From Myxococcota bacterium (GTDB taxonomy: Bacteria > Myxococcota > Myxococcia > Myxococcales > Myxococcaceae), in contig JBMORE010000035.1 in the NCBI GenBank assembly GCA_049322255.1, positions 1-31,752 on the forward strand: a stretch of DNA of 31,752 bases, in the 5' to 3' direction. Both the position numbers and the translations under genes were made by a program. Positions 1 through 8,532 of this stretch are shown here, in pieces. The first letter of the stretch is position 1; each line of letters opens with the position of its first letter. The notes beneath the pieces are model-generated. The model worked only from the letters and a program-made list of their open reading frames with translations, was not told the origin of the DNA and ran no database searches.

Positions 1-86
1 GACATCACCTCGGAGCACCGCACTGCACGGAAACACCAACCGAAGAGCCGGATGCGGGAAAACCGCACGTCCGGTTCTGTAAGGAG

Positions 87-120
87 CCTCAGCCGTGCTA
101 CTCGCCGGCTGAGGTTTACT
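87..120 (+). terminator. Stem-loop: 9-bp stem CCTCAGCCG / CGGCTGAGG (87-95 and 106-114), 10-nt loop, then TTTACTT. Either the terminator of an upstream gene outside the window or a structure sequestering the GAGG ribosome-binding site of the next gene.
   Basis: Perfect 9-bp inverted repeat read directly from the sequence, followed by a T-rich tract. The GAGG at 111-114 sits 8 nt before the ATG at 123 and lies inside the 3' arm of the stem. Confidence 0.4.
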
Positions 121-122
121 TG

Positions 123-776
123 ATGTCGCACAAGCTCTCGTACCTTTTGGCGATGTTCCTGGGCACGGCCAGCTGGGCTGAGGAGAGCCCCGTTCCCTCT
201 GCGGCGGCCTTCGGTGGGGTGGTGGCCCCGGCGGTACTCCCACCCGGCTCTTCGTCGGTGTACGGCTTCGTGGGAGCGCAGGAAGTCGGCGGAGGTTTTC
301 GCCAGGGGCTGGGCGGGGTCGAGCTCGAGGTGCGCGCCGCGTTCAACTACCTGCTCCTCTCGCTGGGCGGGGACGTGGTGCTCAAATTCCCACCGACGCG
401 GGTAGGCCAGGTGGACTTGGCGCCCTACGGAGGCCTGGGCCTTTCCTGGGACAGCGGCTCGCGCTACTTCGACCGGGTGAACTTCTCCTACCTGGCCCTT
501 CGGCCGCGCGTGGGTGGGGTCGCGGTGATGGAGCTGGCGGAGACGGTGCGCGGCCTCGCCGTCGTCGATGTGCCCTGGAGCATCGCCATACGTCCCTGGG
601 GCGGGCACCATTTCTCCCCTCTGGCGGGCGGGGGCGCCGAGTTTCACCTGGGCAAAGACATGTCGGCGCTCATTCTGGGAATGCTGGGCCCCGACGTCCT
701 CAAGGAGCCGCTCGGAGTCACCCAGGTGCGCCTGGGCTACCAGCTCAAGCTGGCCCTGGGCTTTCGGCTCTTCTGA
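123..776 (+). CDS. Outer-membrane beta-barrel protein candidate.
   Basis: N-terminal signal peptide (MSHKLSYLLAMFLGTASWA|EE). Gly/aromatic-rich alternating sequence. Ends ...LALGFRLF with a terminal Phe, which is typical of outer-membrane beta-barrel proteins. The ORF-track start at 120 is TTG; the ATG at 123 is preferred. Confidence 0.55.
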   Translation: MSHKLSYLLAMFLGTASWAEESPVPSAAAFGGVVAPAVLPPGSSSVYGFVGAQEVGGGFRQGLGGVELEVRAAFNYLLLSLGGDVVLKFPPTRVGQVDLAPYGGLGLSWDSGSRYFDRVNFSYLALRPRVGGVAVMELAETVRGLAVVDVPWSIAIRPWGGHHFSPLAGGGAEFHLGKDMSALILGMLGPDVLKEPLGVTQVRLGYQLKLALGFRLF

Positions 777-779
777 CCT

Positions 780-2153
780 CTACGACATCCCGTAGCGGTC
801 GAGCTTCTTGAGCAGCCCCTGGCGCGAAAGGCCCAGCGCCTCGGCGGCGTGGGTGCGGTTGTTCTGGTGCTTGCGCAAGGCCTCTTCGATTTCTTTGCGC
901 TCCAAAAGCTCGATCTTCTGCACCAAGGTGGTGGCGCCGCTGACGGGTATCGACGGTCGCTCGGAACCGGTGAAGGAGAGGTCTTCGTCCTGAATCTCTC
1001 TCCGCCCTCCCGCGAGCACGGTGGCCCGCTGCATCTCGTGGCGCAGCTCGCGTAAGTTCCCCGGCCAACGGTGGGCCAAGAGCGCCGCCGCGGCGCCGTC
1101 GGAGAGCAGCTTCGCCCGCCCGTCGGCGCACAGGTGCGCGCACCCGTTCAAGAAGTGCTGGGCGAGCACGGGGATGTCGCCGGTTCGCTCGCGCAAGGGC
1201 GGCAGGCGCACCTCGGCGCCCTTGATGCGCCAGTAGAGGTCTTCGCGGAAGTTGCCAGCCTCTTGCGCCTTGATCAGGTCTTTGTTGGTCGCGGAGAGCA
1301 AGCGCACGTCGACGTGCACCGGACGATCGGCGCCCACGGGCAGCACCTCGCCCGCCTCGATCGCCCGCAAGACCTTCACTTGCAGCGCCGGCGTCATGTC
1401 GCCAATCTCATCGAGAAAGAGGGTGCCCCCGTCGGCCTCGACGAAGAGCCCCTTGTGATCCTTCACCGCGCCGGTGAAAGCGCCCTTCACGTGACCGAAG
1501 AGCGCGCTCTCCAAGAGTGTCTCGGGGAGCGCCCCACAATTGACGGCGACGAACGGCCCAGCGCGGCGGCGGCTCTTCTGGTGAATCGAGCGCGCCAAGA
1601 GCTCCTTGCCGGTGCCGTTTTCTCCAGTGACGAGCACCGGCAAATCGCTGCCGGCGATGCGCTCGGCCAGGGTGAGCGCCTGCAAGAACGCCGCGCTCTG
1701 CCCGACCATCGAGCCGTCGGGCTTGGCCTGCGACAGCGAGGTCTTGAGCGCCTCCAGCTCCTCTTCGAGCGCCACGCGGGCCATCGCCCGCTGCACCACT
1801 ACCAGCAAGACGTCGGGGTCCACCGGCTTGGTGAGAAAGTCGTAGGCGCCGCACTTCACTGCGCGCAGCATGTGCCGCTCGTCGCCGGCGCCGGAGCAGA
1901 CCACCACCTTGGTCCCCGGGCTCTGGGTGACCAGCTCCTCGAGCTGGGCCAACCCCGCCTCCACCGCGCCGTCGGGAGGCAGCATCAAGTCGAGCAGCAC
2001 CAGAGAAAAGCGCTTCTTCTCGAAGGCAGCGCCTGCCGAAGCCCGGTCGGCCGCTTCGACCACCTCGTACCCTGCCTCGCGCAACAGGCCTCCGTACACC
2101 TTGCGGAAGGCGGAGTCGTCGTCGACCAAGAGCAGCGGTTTGGAGGAGCTCAC
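780..2153 (-). CDS. Sigma-54-dependent response regulator, NtrC family (receiver domain, AAA+ sigma-54 activator domain, Fis-type HTH).
   Basis: Receiver motifs LLVDDD...LVLLDLMLP. Walker A GENGTGKE. GAFTGA sigma-54 contact motif (GHVKGAFTGA). C-terminal HTH ...RTHAAEALGLSRQGLLKKL. The start was moved to the GTG at 2153 (VSSSKPLLLVDDD) because an AAGGAG ribosome-binding site lies 7 nt upstream; the ORF track's 30-aa N-terminal extension is Arg/Cys-rich noise. Confidence 0.9.
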   Translation of the reverse strand: MSSSKPLLLVDDDSAFRKVYGGLLREAGYEVVEAADRASAGAAFEKKRFSLVLLDLMLPPDGAVEAGLAQLEELVTQSPGTKVVVCSGAGDERHMLRAVKCGAYDFLTKPVDPDVLLVVVQRAMARVALEEELEALKTSLSQAKPDGSMVGQSAAFLQALTLAERIAGSDLPVLVTGENGTGKELLARSIHQKSRRRAGPFVAVNCGALPETLLESALFGHVKGAFTGAVKDHKGLFVEADGGTLFLDEIGDMTPALQVKVLRAIEAGEVLPVGADRPVHVDVRLLSATNKDLIKAQEAGNFREDLYWRIKGAEVRLPPLRERTGDIPVLAQHFLNGCAHLCADGRAKLLSDGAAAALLAHRWPGNLRELRHEMQRATVLAGGRREIQDEDLSFTGSERPSIPVSGATTLVQKIELLERKEIEEALRKHQNNRTHAAEALGLSRQGLLKKLDRYGMS

Positions 2154-2169
2154 AGATCGACTCCTTACC

Positions 2170-3789
2170 TCATGCGCGGGCCACCGCGGCAGCGAGCACC
2201 GGTTGCACCCGCGGCAGGACCAGCTCGAACGCCGCGCCGCCAAGCTCCGAAGGCCCCGCCCGCAAAGTTCCGCCGTGGCGCTCGGCGATTCCCTTGGCGA
2301 TCGCCAGGCCCAGCCCGGTGCCGCGCGCGCGCCCGGTGACGAAGGGCTGGAAGAGCCGGGCAGCCAGCTCGGGGGGAATGCCCGGGCCGCTGTCTTCGAT
2401 GCACAGCCAAGCGCGCTCGTCCTTCACCGCGCCCCGCACCCGAATGCGCTTCACGTTCGCCTCCGCCACCGCGAGCAGCGCGTTCTCCAGGAGGATGACG
2501 AGCAGCTGGCCGAGCTGGCCTTGATCCGCTTCGACCAGGGCGCCCGGGGCGATGGCCAATTCGACGGACGTTCCTTCGGACGCGGCGGGCGGAAGCCCGG
2601 TCTTCGCGGTGGAGCTCGCCAGCTCCACGGTCACCGCCAGCTCCACCCAGCGCAGCTCCAAGGGGCGCGGGCGGCCGTAGCGCAAGAGGTCTTCCACGAA
2701 GTGGCCGGCGCGCTCGATCTGCTCCCGCATCGCGGCGCAAGTCGAAGGGTCGGCGCCGCCTCGCTCGAGGAGCTTTAGATGCGCCGACAAGACGCCCAGA
2801 GGGTTTCTCACCTCATGCGCCACCGCCGAGGCGAACGTGCCCAGCTCGGCGAGCCGGCTGGCCTGCTCGGCGCGGGCCTCCTGCGCGGCGAGCGCGTGCG
2901 CCAGCTCAGCGGAGTCGGCGCGGTCCTTGAGCAGGCGCTTGCCGATCCACCCCTGCAGCTCGCGACGCAACGGCTCGAACGCCAGCGCCGACAGCCCCAA
3001 GAGCACATACGCCCCCAAGCGGTACTCGGTGAGAAAGCGCTCGGTGGCCGCGCTCATCAAGGACATCACCCCGAAGAGAAAACCCGCGGAGAGGAACGCC
3101 GCCAGCGCCGAGTAGAGCAAGCTACGATCGAGCAGGCGCCGCTCGGCTGCGGGCTCGTGCGCGCGTACCACGTGGGCGAGCACCAGCAAGCCGCCGAGCA
3201 CCAGGTACATGCCATAAGGCAGCGGCAAGCCACCGGAAAGAAGGAGCGCGTTGGACAGGCCGCCCGCGTACCCCATCGCCCCGGCGAGCAGCAGGTTTCG
3301 CAAAAGCGCCTTCTCCTCCCCCCGCGCCCCCTTCCAACTCGAGGCGAGCTTGAACATGGGGAGGGTGGCAGCGGTGACCGCCAACGCCATCGCCGGCCAG
3401 AAGAGCGGGCCGCGCTCCATCGCCAAGGGCCCGTAGAGCACACCGGGCCGGAGCGCCCCGAGCACGGTGATCGCCAGCGCCACCACGTAGGCCAGCCACA
3501 CCAGCTCGTAGCGGCGCTGCCGGGTGAGGTCGTAGGCGGCGTGGAGGTAGCCTGCTGCGGTGAAGGCGCCGATCGCCGCCAGCCGCTCGCCCAGCCACGC
3601 GGCCTTGGGGAAGGAGATGAGGAAGAGCGCCCCGCTCCAGGTGGCCAGCGACAGGCAGTAGCTCGCCAGGCCGACGGCGTTTCTCCCCCGCAGCACCGCG
3701 GTGAAGAAGAGCAGCAGCGACACCGAGAGCACCGGCAAGAGGCTGTACGCATACAGCGCGCTCGTCACCCCATCGAGTGTAGCGCCCAT
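2170..3789 (-). CDS. Sensor histidine kinase with a polytopic (about 6-7 TM) N-terminal membrane domain, HisKA and HATPase_c domains.
   Basis: Hydrophobic helices fill the first ~300 aa. H-box FASAVAHEVRNPL. N/G boxes ...ENALLAV...DSGPGIPPE...GTGLGLAIAK. Its stop at 2170-2172 is 16 nt from the regulator's GTG. Confidence 0.85.
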   Translation of the reverse strand: MGATLDGVTSALYAYSLLPVLSVSLLLFFTAVLRGRNAVGLASYCLSLATWSGALFLISFPKAAWLGERLAAIGAFTAAGYLHAAYDLTRQRRYELVWLAYVVALAITVLGALRPGVLYGPLAMERGPLFWPAMALAVTAATLPMFKLASSWKGARGEEKALLRNLLLAGAMGYAGGLSNALLLSGGLPLPYGMYLVLGGLLVLAHVVRAHEPAAERRLLDRSLLYSALAAFLSAGFLFGVMSLMSAATERFLTEYRLGAYVLLGLSALAFEPLRRELQGWIGKRLLKDRADSAELAHALAAQEARAEQASRLAELGTFASAVAHEVRNPLGVLSAHLKLLERGGADPSTCAAMREQIERAGHFVEDLLRYGRPRPLELRWVELAVTVELASSTAKTGLPPAASEGTSVELAIAPGALVEADQGQLGQLLVILLENALLAVAEANVKRIRVRGAVKDERAWLCIEDSGPGIPPELAARLFQPFVTGRARGTGLGLAIAKGIAERHGGTLRAGPSELGGAAFELVLPRVQPVLAAAVARA

Positions 3790-3802
3790 CGAACCAAGTT
3801 CC

Positions 3803-4471
3803 CTACCCCGCGGCGAGTAGGCCCTCGGTGACGTCCTCGACGCTCTGTGCCACCTCTTTGACCAGCTGCACTACCTCGGCGTCGGGACGGCCAGCGAACT
3901 TCAAGAGGCGCAGCTGCGAGCTCATCTCTTCGATCTTGAGCAGCACCCGCTCGAGGTCGTCCGCGCCGCGACGGCGCATCTCCTTCAGTCGCTCGGTGTT
4001 CCGAAGCCTTGCGCGCACGCTCAAGACCCGCGGGTCGCCCTCGGCCACACCGCGGCGCAAGAGGTCGGCGAGCACGGCCTCGGCGGCGGCGCCGTCGAAC
4101 TCCGGAGAGCGCAAGAGCTCGTCCATCTCCTGCACCCGCCGCTCCATCGAGGCGAGCTGGCCGGCCACCGCGCGCACCCGCGTCACCTCGGGAACGAGCA
4201 CCTCCTCGGCGACGCCCTCGACCTTGCCCAGCGCGGCCAAGAGCTGTTCCTCGGCAGCGCGGATGCGGGGAGTGAGCCGACCGTTTTTCTCGGGCGAGGA
4301 GGACGCGGGCGCGCCACCGAGGAGCACCGGCGCGAACACCGGCCAAAAGAAGAGCGCGAGGAGGAAGACCGCCGCGCCATGCGCTCCCCGCCGCTCCTCG
4401 CGCAGCACCAGCGCCACCGCTACGCAAACGCCCAGCACTGCGTAGATGACCAAGGTCCCGGCGATGCCCAT
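3803..4471 (-). CDS. Membrane-anchored coiled-coil protein: two N-terminal TM helices followed by ~150 aa of predicted cytoplasmic coiled coil. Function unknown.
   Basis: Start ATG at 4471 with a GAAGGAGG ribosome-binding site 6 nt upstream. MGIAGTLVIYAVLGVCVAVALVL...VFLLALFFWPVFAPVLL, then heptad-like E/R/L-rich sequence. The ORF track's extension to 4930 has no ribosome-binding site and is a high-GC artefact. Confidence 0.6.
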   Translation of the reverse strand: MGIAGTLVIYAVLGVCVAVALVLREERRGAHGAAVFLLALFFWPVFAPVLLGGAPASSSPEKNGRLTPRIRAAEEQLLAALGKVEGVAEEVLVPEVTRVRAVAGQLASMERRVQEMDELLRSPEFDGAAAEAVLADLLRRGVAEGDPRVLSVRARLRNTERLKEMRRRGADDLERVLLKIEEMSSQLRLLKFAGRPDAEVVQLVKEVAQSVEDVTEGLLAAG

Positions 4472-4482
4472 GGCGGCCTCCT

Positions 4483-5394
4483 TCACAACACCGCGGAAAG
4501 GCCCTGCGACACCCGGTAGAGCATCACCGGAGCCACCACCGTGTACACCGCGCCCCAGGCGAGCACCATGCGTCGAAGGAAGTTGCCGCGCCGCCGGTGG
4601 GTGATGGGCAGGTGCTCCGCCAAGTCGCAGAAAGCGCGGTAGAGCGCGTGCACCCCGAAGAGCCCCACACCGAAGGGGAGGAAGAGGCCCACCTGCACCA
4701 CCGTCTCGGCGTCGCTGTACAGCCCCAGCACACAGGAGAGCACCCAGGCCACATAGAAGGGCAGCGCGCCGAGCAGGAGCACCGAGGTCGTCGCTTGCGC
4801 GCGCAGCGCTTGACCGGTCACCAGGCGAAACGACGCGTCGAGGCCGGACAGCTGCGTGTAGAAGTAGAAGCTGGGCAGGCACACACAGAGCGCGCCCAGG
4901 AAGGAAACCATCGAGGCGAGAGGCATCCACAACACCGGGTGGCCTCCGAAGAGCGAGACCTCGAGCACCTGCGCGGCGAAGCCGACCACCAGGCCGTGCA
5001 CCAACAGTCCGGCGAGCGAAAGCAAAAGCAACCGTTGCAGCGCGGAAGGCAGCTGGTGGTCATCGCATAGGAGCCGGTTGAGCCTTTTTCGCCCGCGCAA
5101 GATGAGGTCCATCATCAGGGGGCGCTCTCCGAGATCACGCTCCTCGGGCTCGCTCGGCACCACGGGGCGCAGCTGCGCAGAGTCGGAGCGCTTCTCGGTC
5201 GAGGCCACCCCGCTCGACGCCCCTGCTGCGGCTTTTGCGCAGGGCACAGAGGTCGCCGACGTCGGCGAATCCACGCACCGGGGAGCACTCGTCATCGACC
5301 CCAGACAGACCGGGCAGAACTCACGCTGCGCGGACATTTGGATGTGGCAGGAGGCGCACTCGACGTACAGCGAAGCAACCGACGTGGCCGACAT
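4483..5394 (-). CDS. Zinc-ribbon (CxxC...CxxC) plus polytopic membrane protein with a Yip1-like domain. Function unknown.
   Basis: Start ATG at 5394 with an AAGGAG ribosome-binding site. N-terminus MSATSVASLYVECASCHIQMSAQREFCPVCLGS has two CxxC pairs. It is followed by ~5 hydrophobic helices. The long N-terminal extension in the ORF track (to 6099) is noise. Confidence 0.6.
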   Translation of the reverse strand: MSATSVASLYVECASCHIQMSAQREFCPVCLGSMTSAPRCVDSPTSATSVPCAKAAAGASSGVASTEKRSDSAQLRPVVPSEPEERDLGERPLMMDLILRGRKRLNRLLCDDHQLPSALQRLLLLSLAGLLVHGLVVGFAAQVLEVSLFGGHPVLWMPLASMVSFLGALCVCLPSFYFYTQLSGLDASFRLVTGQALRAQATTSVLLLGALPFYVAWVLSCVLGLYSDAETVVQVGLFLPFGVGLFGVHALYRAFCDLAEHLPITHRRRGNFLRRMVLAWGAVYTVVAPVMLYRVSQGLSAVL

Positions 5395-5411
5395 GTCGTT
5401 CTCCTTCTTGG

Positions 5412-6023
5412 TCAGCGGGCAAAGTGAAACAGCTCGAGGAACACCATCAGCTCGGTGCCGATGACACCCACCAGGGCAATCCACACCAGAGGGAAGAAGC
5501 GGCCGCGCTCGGGCTCCAGCGCCTTCATCGTGCGCAAGAAGACGTCGACCATGCACACGCCCACCCCGGCGAAGGTGACCAGCTGCACCAGAAGCTGCAC
5601 TGCGGCGCTGGGTACCGCCACGTTGAAAAACCAGGTGATGGGAACGCCGGCGAGCATGGCCAGCGCCCCGAAGCTCACCGTGGCCAGCGCGGCGAGCAGC
5701 GTGGTCGAGGCGTCGAGCTTGGAGCCCAGCGCGCCGTTGATGATGTACAGCGCCGGCAGCGCCACCGTCCATGCGATTCCCGCGGCCAGCGGTGCCTTCC
5801 ACGCTCCCTCGAGCATCGTCCACACGCCGCCGGAGAGCCCCATGGAAAGCCCATAGGCGGCCAAGCCGGCGACGGCGTTGACGAGCAGCACCCCGAAGAC
5901 AATCGGTTTGGGCGCCACCGCGCCTTGGTGGCGATCTCTCCAGCGAACGGCGAACTCCTCGGGGCGCCGGAGCGCAACGCCCATCTCTCCAATTCCGGCA
6001 CGAATGTCTTGGGCCAACGTCAT
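5412..6023 (-). CDS. Yip1-like family polytopic membrane protein (5 TM).
   Basis: ATG at 6023 with a GAGGAGG ribosome-binding site. Five hydrophobic segments. Size and topology fit the bacterial Yip1-domain family (assignment from pattern, not from a search). Confidence 0.55.
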   Translation of the reverse strand: MTLAQDIRAGIGEMGVALRRPEEFAVRWRDRHQGAVAPKPIVFGVLLVNAVAGLAAYGLSMGLSGGVWTMLEGAWKAPLAAGIAWTVALPALYIINGALGSKLDASTTLLAALATVSFGALAMLAGVPITWFFNVAVPSAAVQLLVQLVTFAGVGVCMVDVFLRTMKALEPERGRFFPLVWIALVGVIGTELMVFLELFHFAR

Positions 6024-6060
6024 GGGTCCGCCTCCTCAGGGGTGAACGAGGCGAGGGCAA

Positions 6061-6076
6061 AGCAGGTGCCGTGCCG
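6061..6076 (-). promoter_or_regulatory. Candidate sigma-54 (-24/-12) promoter on the minus strand: cGGCACG-gcacc-TGCt.
   Basis: The reverse complement of 6061-6076 reads GGCACGGCACCTGCT. GG and GC fall at the consensus spacing of TGGCACG-N4-TTGC. This predicts a transcription start ~27 nt upstream of the ATG at 6023, with the GAGGAGG ribosome-binding site inside that leader. Confidence 0.45.
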
Positions 6077-6087
6077 CCGCCAGTGAC

Positions 6088-6144
6088 GCGAAACGACAAG
6101 GGCTCGCGCTCAAAGTGACAACGGCGTTCACACCGTCGTTTCGC
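6088..6144. promoter_or_regulatory. Inverted repeats upstream of the candidate sigma-54 promoter; possible activator/enhancer binding sites. Arms GCGAAACGAC (6088-6097) and GTCGTTTCGC (6135-6144), with an inner imperfect palindrome GTGACAACGgCGTTCACAC (6115-6133).
   Basis: Perfect 10-bp inverted arms read directly from the sequence. Located 12-70 bp upstream of the -24 element. Confidence 0.4.
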
Positions 6145-7041
6145 TCATCGACAGGTCGTGCGCATCAGCGGCGGAGCAGAGCCTTCACTCGCGGTGAGGT
6201 AGCCGCGCCCATCGTGGCGCCAGGCCACGGCCTCGCCCTGGAATTCCTCGGCGACAGGCATCGCTTTGAAACCGGCAGAGAAGATCGCCTCGAACGACTC
6301 TCCCGTGGGTAGCTCGAAGAGGTAGAGCCGGGTGTAGGTGCGCAAAAGAAGCCGCTCCCCGCAGGAATCTATGTCGCCGCCGGTGATGGGCGCATCGCTG
6401 GAGGTGGGCAGCGGCAACTGGGCAACCCGCTCGAGCGTGGCCACCGTCGATGCGTCGCGATCGCGCGGAAAGCGGAACACCTCGCTCCTCTCTCCGAAGC
6501 TCTTCTTGTCGACGACGTAGAGGTCTCCCGTGACGGGGTGAACGAGCAGCGTCTCGGCGTCGTGCTTCTCGCCTCCGGGGTACTCGAACGGCAGCCGCTC
6601 GAAGGGGACGTCCGCGCTCCCCATCAGCGCAGGCTCGGGCACTCGGTAGATGGCGTAGTCGGTACGCACTCGCGCGTTGTCTCCGAAATCTCCGAGGAAG
6701 ACGCAGGTGCCCGAAGAACAGGGACCGAGCGCCATGTCCTCCCAGTCGACTGCATTCGCGCCGGGGAGAATGAATTCACCCAGCGGCTCGCCGGTGTCGG
6801 AGAGCGCGAAGAAGCGCGCCGAATCACCCGAGTCGTTGTGCGCGTACCACACGCCCGGGTGCGCCCGACTCGCCGCCAGCCCGGAGAGCTCGGTCAACGC
6901 CGGCTGCCCTACCCGCCCCACCTCCACCGGCTGCGAAAACCGGGAACAACCGCAAGTGGCCTGCGCGTCTGCAGGTGTCTCCACCGGAGTCCGAACGCAG
7001 GCGGCCAGCATGATGGGCACCAGTGGAATCACGCGCTTCAC
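6145..7041 (-). CDS. Lipoprotein of unknown function (possibly a beta-propeller or phytase-like fold).
   Basis: GTG start at 7041. Signal peptide with lipobox: MKRVIPLVPIMLAAC. No recognisable catalytic motif. Confidence 0.6.
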   Translation of the reverse strand: MKRVIPLVPIMLAACVRTPVETPADAQATCGCSRFSQPVEVGRVGQPALTELSGLAASRAHPGVWYAHNDSGDSARFFALSDTGEPLGEFILPGANAVDWEDMALGPCSSGTCVFLGDFGDNARVRTDYAIYRVPEPALMGSADVPFERLPFEYPGGEKHDAETLLVHPVTGDLYVVDKKSFGERSEVFRFPRDRDASTVATLERVAQLPLPTSSDAPITGGDIDSCGERLLLRTYTRLYLFELPTGESFEAIFSAGFKAMPVAEEFQGEAVAWRHDGRGYLTASEGSAPPLMRTTCR

Positions 7042-7087
7042 ACGAAAGACTTTGTGCGTGCCAGGTCACCACCGCAAGTCGTGAGAG

Positions 7088-8506
7088 CTACCGAACCTTC
7101 TTCAGCTCGAGGACGAACTTCTCGGGGCCCAGAAAGCCCGTGATGCGCGGATCGGTCAGGATTTGGCCCCTGGAGTCGATGAAGGCGACCGTGGGAAGGC
7201 CTTGCACGCCGAAGCGCTGGAACAACGTCTCGATGGCATCGTCGCTGTTGGTCGCGTCGACTTTGATGCTCACAAAGCGCGAAGCCTCGGCGAGCACCTC
7301 GCGCGCCACGTAGGTGTCGCGGTCGAGCTCCTTACAGGCCTCGCACCACTCGGCGAAGAAGTCGATCATCACCGGCTTGCCCGAGCTCTTCGCGCGCTTC
7401 AGCTCGTCCTCGAACGGGCCGACCGAAGCGATGAGCGCGGTCTTCGGCGGGAACACCATGTCCCAGGCGACGCCGTGCTGCTCGGCGGGCTGAGCAAAAC
7501 CCAACTGCTCCGCCAGCGTGCCCACTGGAGGAGCATTCATCGCCGCGCCGCGGATCAGCAGTGCCGATGTCAACGCGAAGACGCCCGAGCCTTTGAGGAC
7601 GCGCTGACCGACCCCCTCTTTGAACGAACGGTGTATCGCTCCCAAAAGCACGCCGCCGAAGACCAAGAGCGAGGCCAGAAGAATTCCGCCCCAGCGACCC
7701 AAGAGGGCGGCGAGCTCAGCCATGCCCTCGCGCAGAGGAACGAAACCATCACGCAGATAGGAGGCTGCCAGCGCGACGAGGGCGATACCGAAGACGCTCT
7801 TGACCCACTCCATCCACACGCCACCCTTGGGGAGCCGGACGGTGAAGGCACCGATGAGGAAGAAGGGAACCCCGATGCCCAGGGCGTAGATGAACAGCAA
7901 CGCACCTCCAAGCAGCGCGTTCTGGCTCTTGGCGACGAAGGCAAGCACCCCGGCGAGGACCGGCCCCGTACAGGGCGCGGCGATGAAGCCCGAGACGCTG
8001 CCCATCAGCGCGGCGCCCACCAGACCTCCTCCGCCCACGGTATTGAGCTTGGTCGCCACTCCGCTGGGCAACGCCAGCTCGAATGCTCCGAACATCGAGC
8101 TTGCGAGGATGAGAAGAAACACCGCCAGCCCGGTCGCCACCCACGGACTCCCCAGCGCCGAGCCGAAGGCTTTCCCGGAGAGCGCCGCTGCCACCCCCAG
8201 CACGCTGAACACCAGCCCCATGCCGATGACGTAGGCGCTGGTGAGCACCACCGCTCGACCGCGGCTCTCCGCCCTCCGTGCGCCGAAAACGCTGACGGTG
8301 ATGGGAATGAGTGGGTACACGCACGGGGTGAGGGAGGTGAGCAGACCGCCGAGGAAGATGGCTCCGGCGGCGACGAGGAAGCGCCCGCTCTCCAAGAGTC
8401 CTGAGGCATCGATGCCCGCGTCGGCCCCGGTCGGCAACACGAAGGGCACCACGGCGAGCGCCGCCGCGAGGACCAACGCTGCCGCTGTCAACCCGCTCCG
8501 CGTCAT
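7088..8506 (-). CDS. dsbD: Thiol:disulfide interchange protein, DsbD/CcdA family, with a C-terminal thioredoxin domain.
   Basis: Transmembrane cysteines in the CcdA-type core (LTPCVYPLIP and AAPCTGPVL). C-terminal thioredoxin motif WCEAC (FFAEWCEACKEL). Confidence 0.85.
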   Translation of the reverse strand: MTRSGLTAAALVLAAALAVVPFVLPTGADAGIDASGLLESGRFLVAAGAIFLGGLLTSLTPCVYPLIPITVSVFGARRAESRGRAVVLTSAYVIGMGLVFSVLGVAAALSGKAFGSALGSPWVATGLAVFLLILASSMFGAFELALPSGVATKLNTVGGGGLVGAALMGSVSGFIAAPCTGPVLAGVLAFVAKSQNALLGGALLFIYALGIGVPFFLIGAFTVRLPKGGVWMEWVKSVFGIALVALAASYLRDGFVPLREGMAELAALLGRWGGILLASLLVFGGVLLGAIHRSFKEGVGQRVLKGSGVFALTSALLIRGAAMNAPPVGTLAEQLGFAQPAEQHGVAWDMVFPPKTALIASVGPFEDELKRAKSSGKPVMIDFFAEWCEACKELDRDTYVAREVLAEASRFVSIKVDATNSDDAIETLFQRFGVQGLPTVAFIDSRGQILTDPRITGFLGPEKFVLELKKVR

Positions 8507-8532
8507 CGAGCTCTCTGCCCCGAACTTTGCCC

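Noticed and set aside
3803-4930. N-terminally extended versions of several ORFs in the track (3803..4930, 4483..6099, 780..2243, 24642..25541, 28256..29050, 28836..31496, 25526..27466, 8583..10244).
   Set aside because: The extensions overlap the upstream gene in another frame, lack ribosome-binding sites and read as low-complexity noise. Internal ATG/GTG codons with strong SD sequences and sensible N-termini were chosen instead.
7163-8404. Long antisense ORFs opposite real genes (e.g. 7163..8404 vs dsbD, 8241..10151 vs flotillin, 1071..2339 vs the regulator, 2779..3831 vs the kinase, 15167..16651 vs FG-GAP, 26150..27655 vs the Ig lipoprotein, 28632..31004 vs coxL).
   Set aside because: Arg/Gly/Pro/His-rich noise translations typical of the non-coding frames of 70% GC DNA. 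Each is fully covered by a gene with clear motifs on the other strand.
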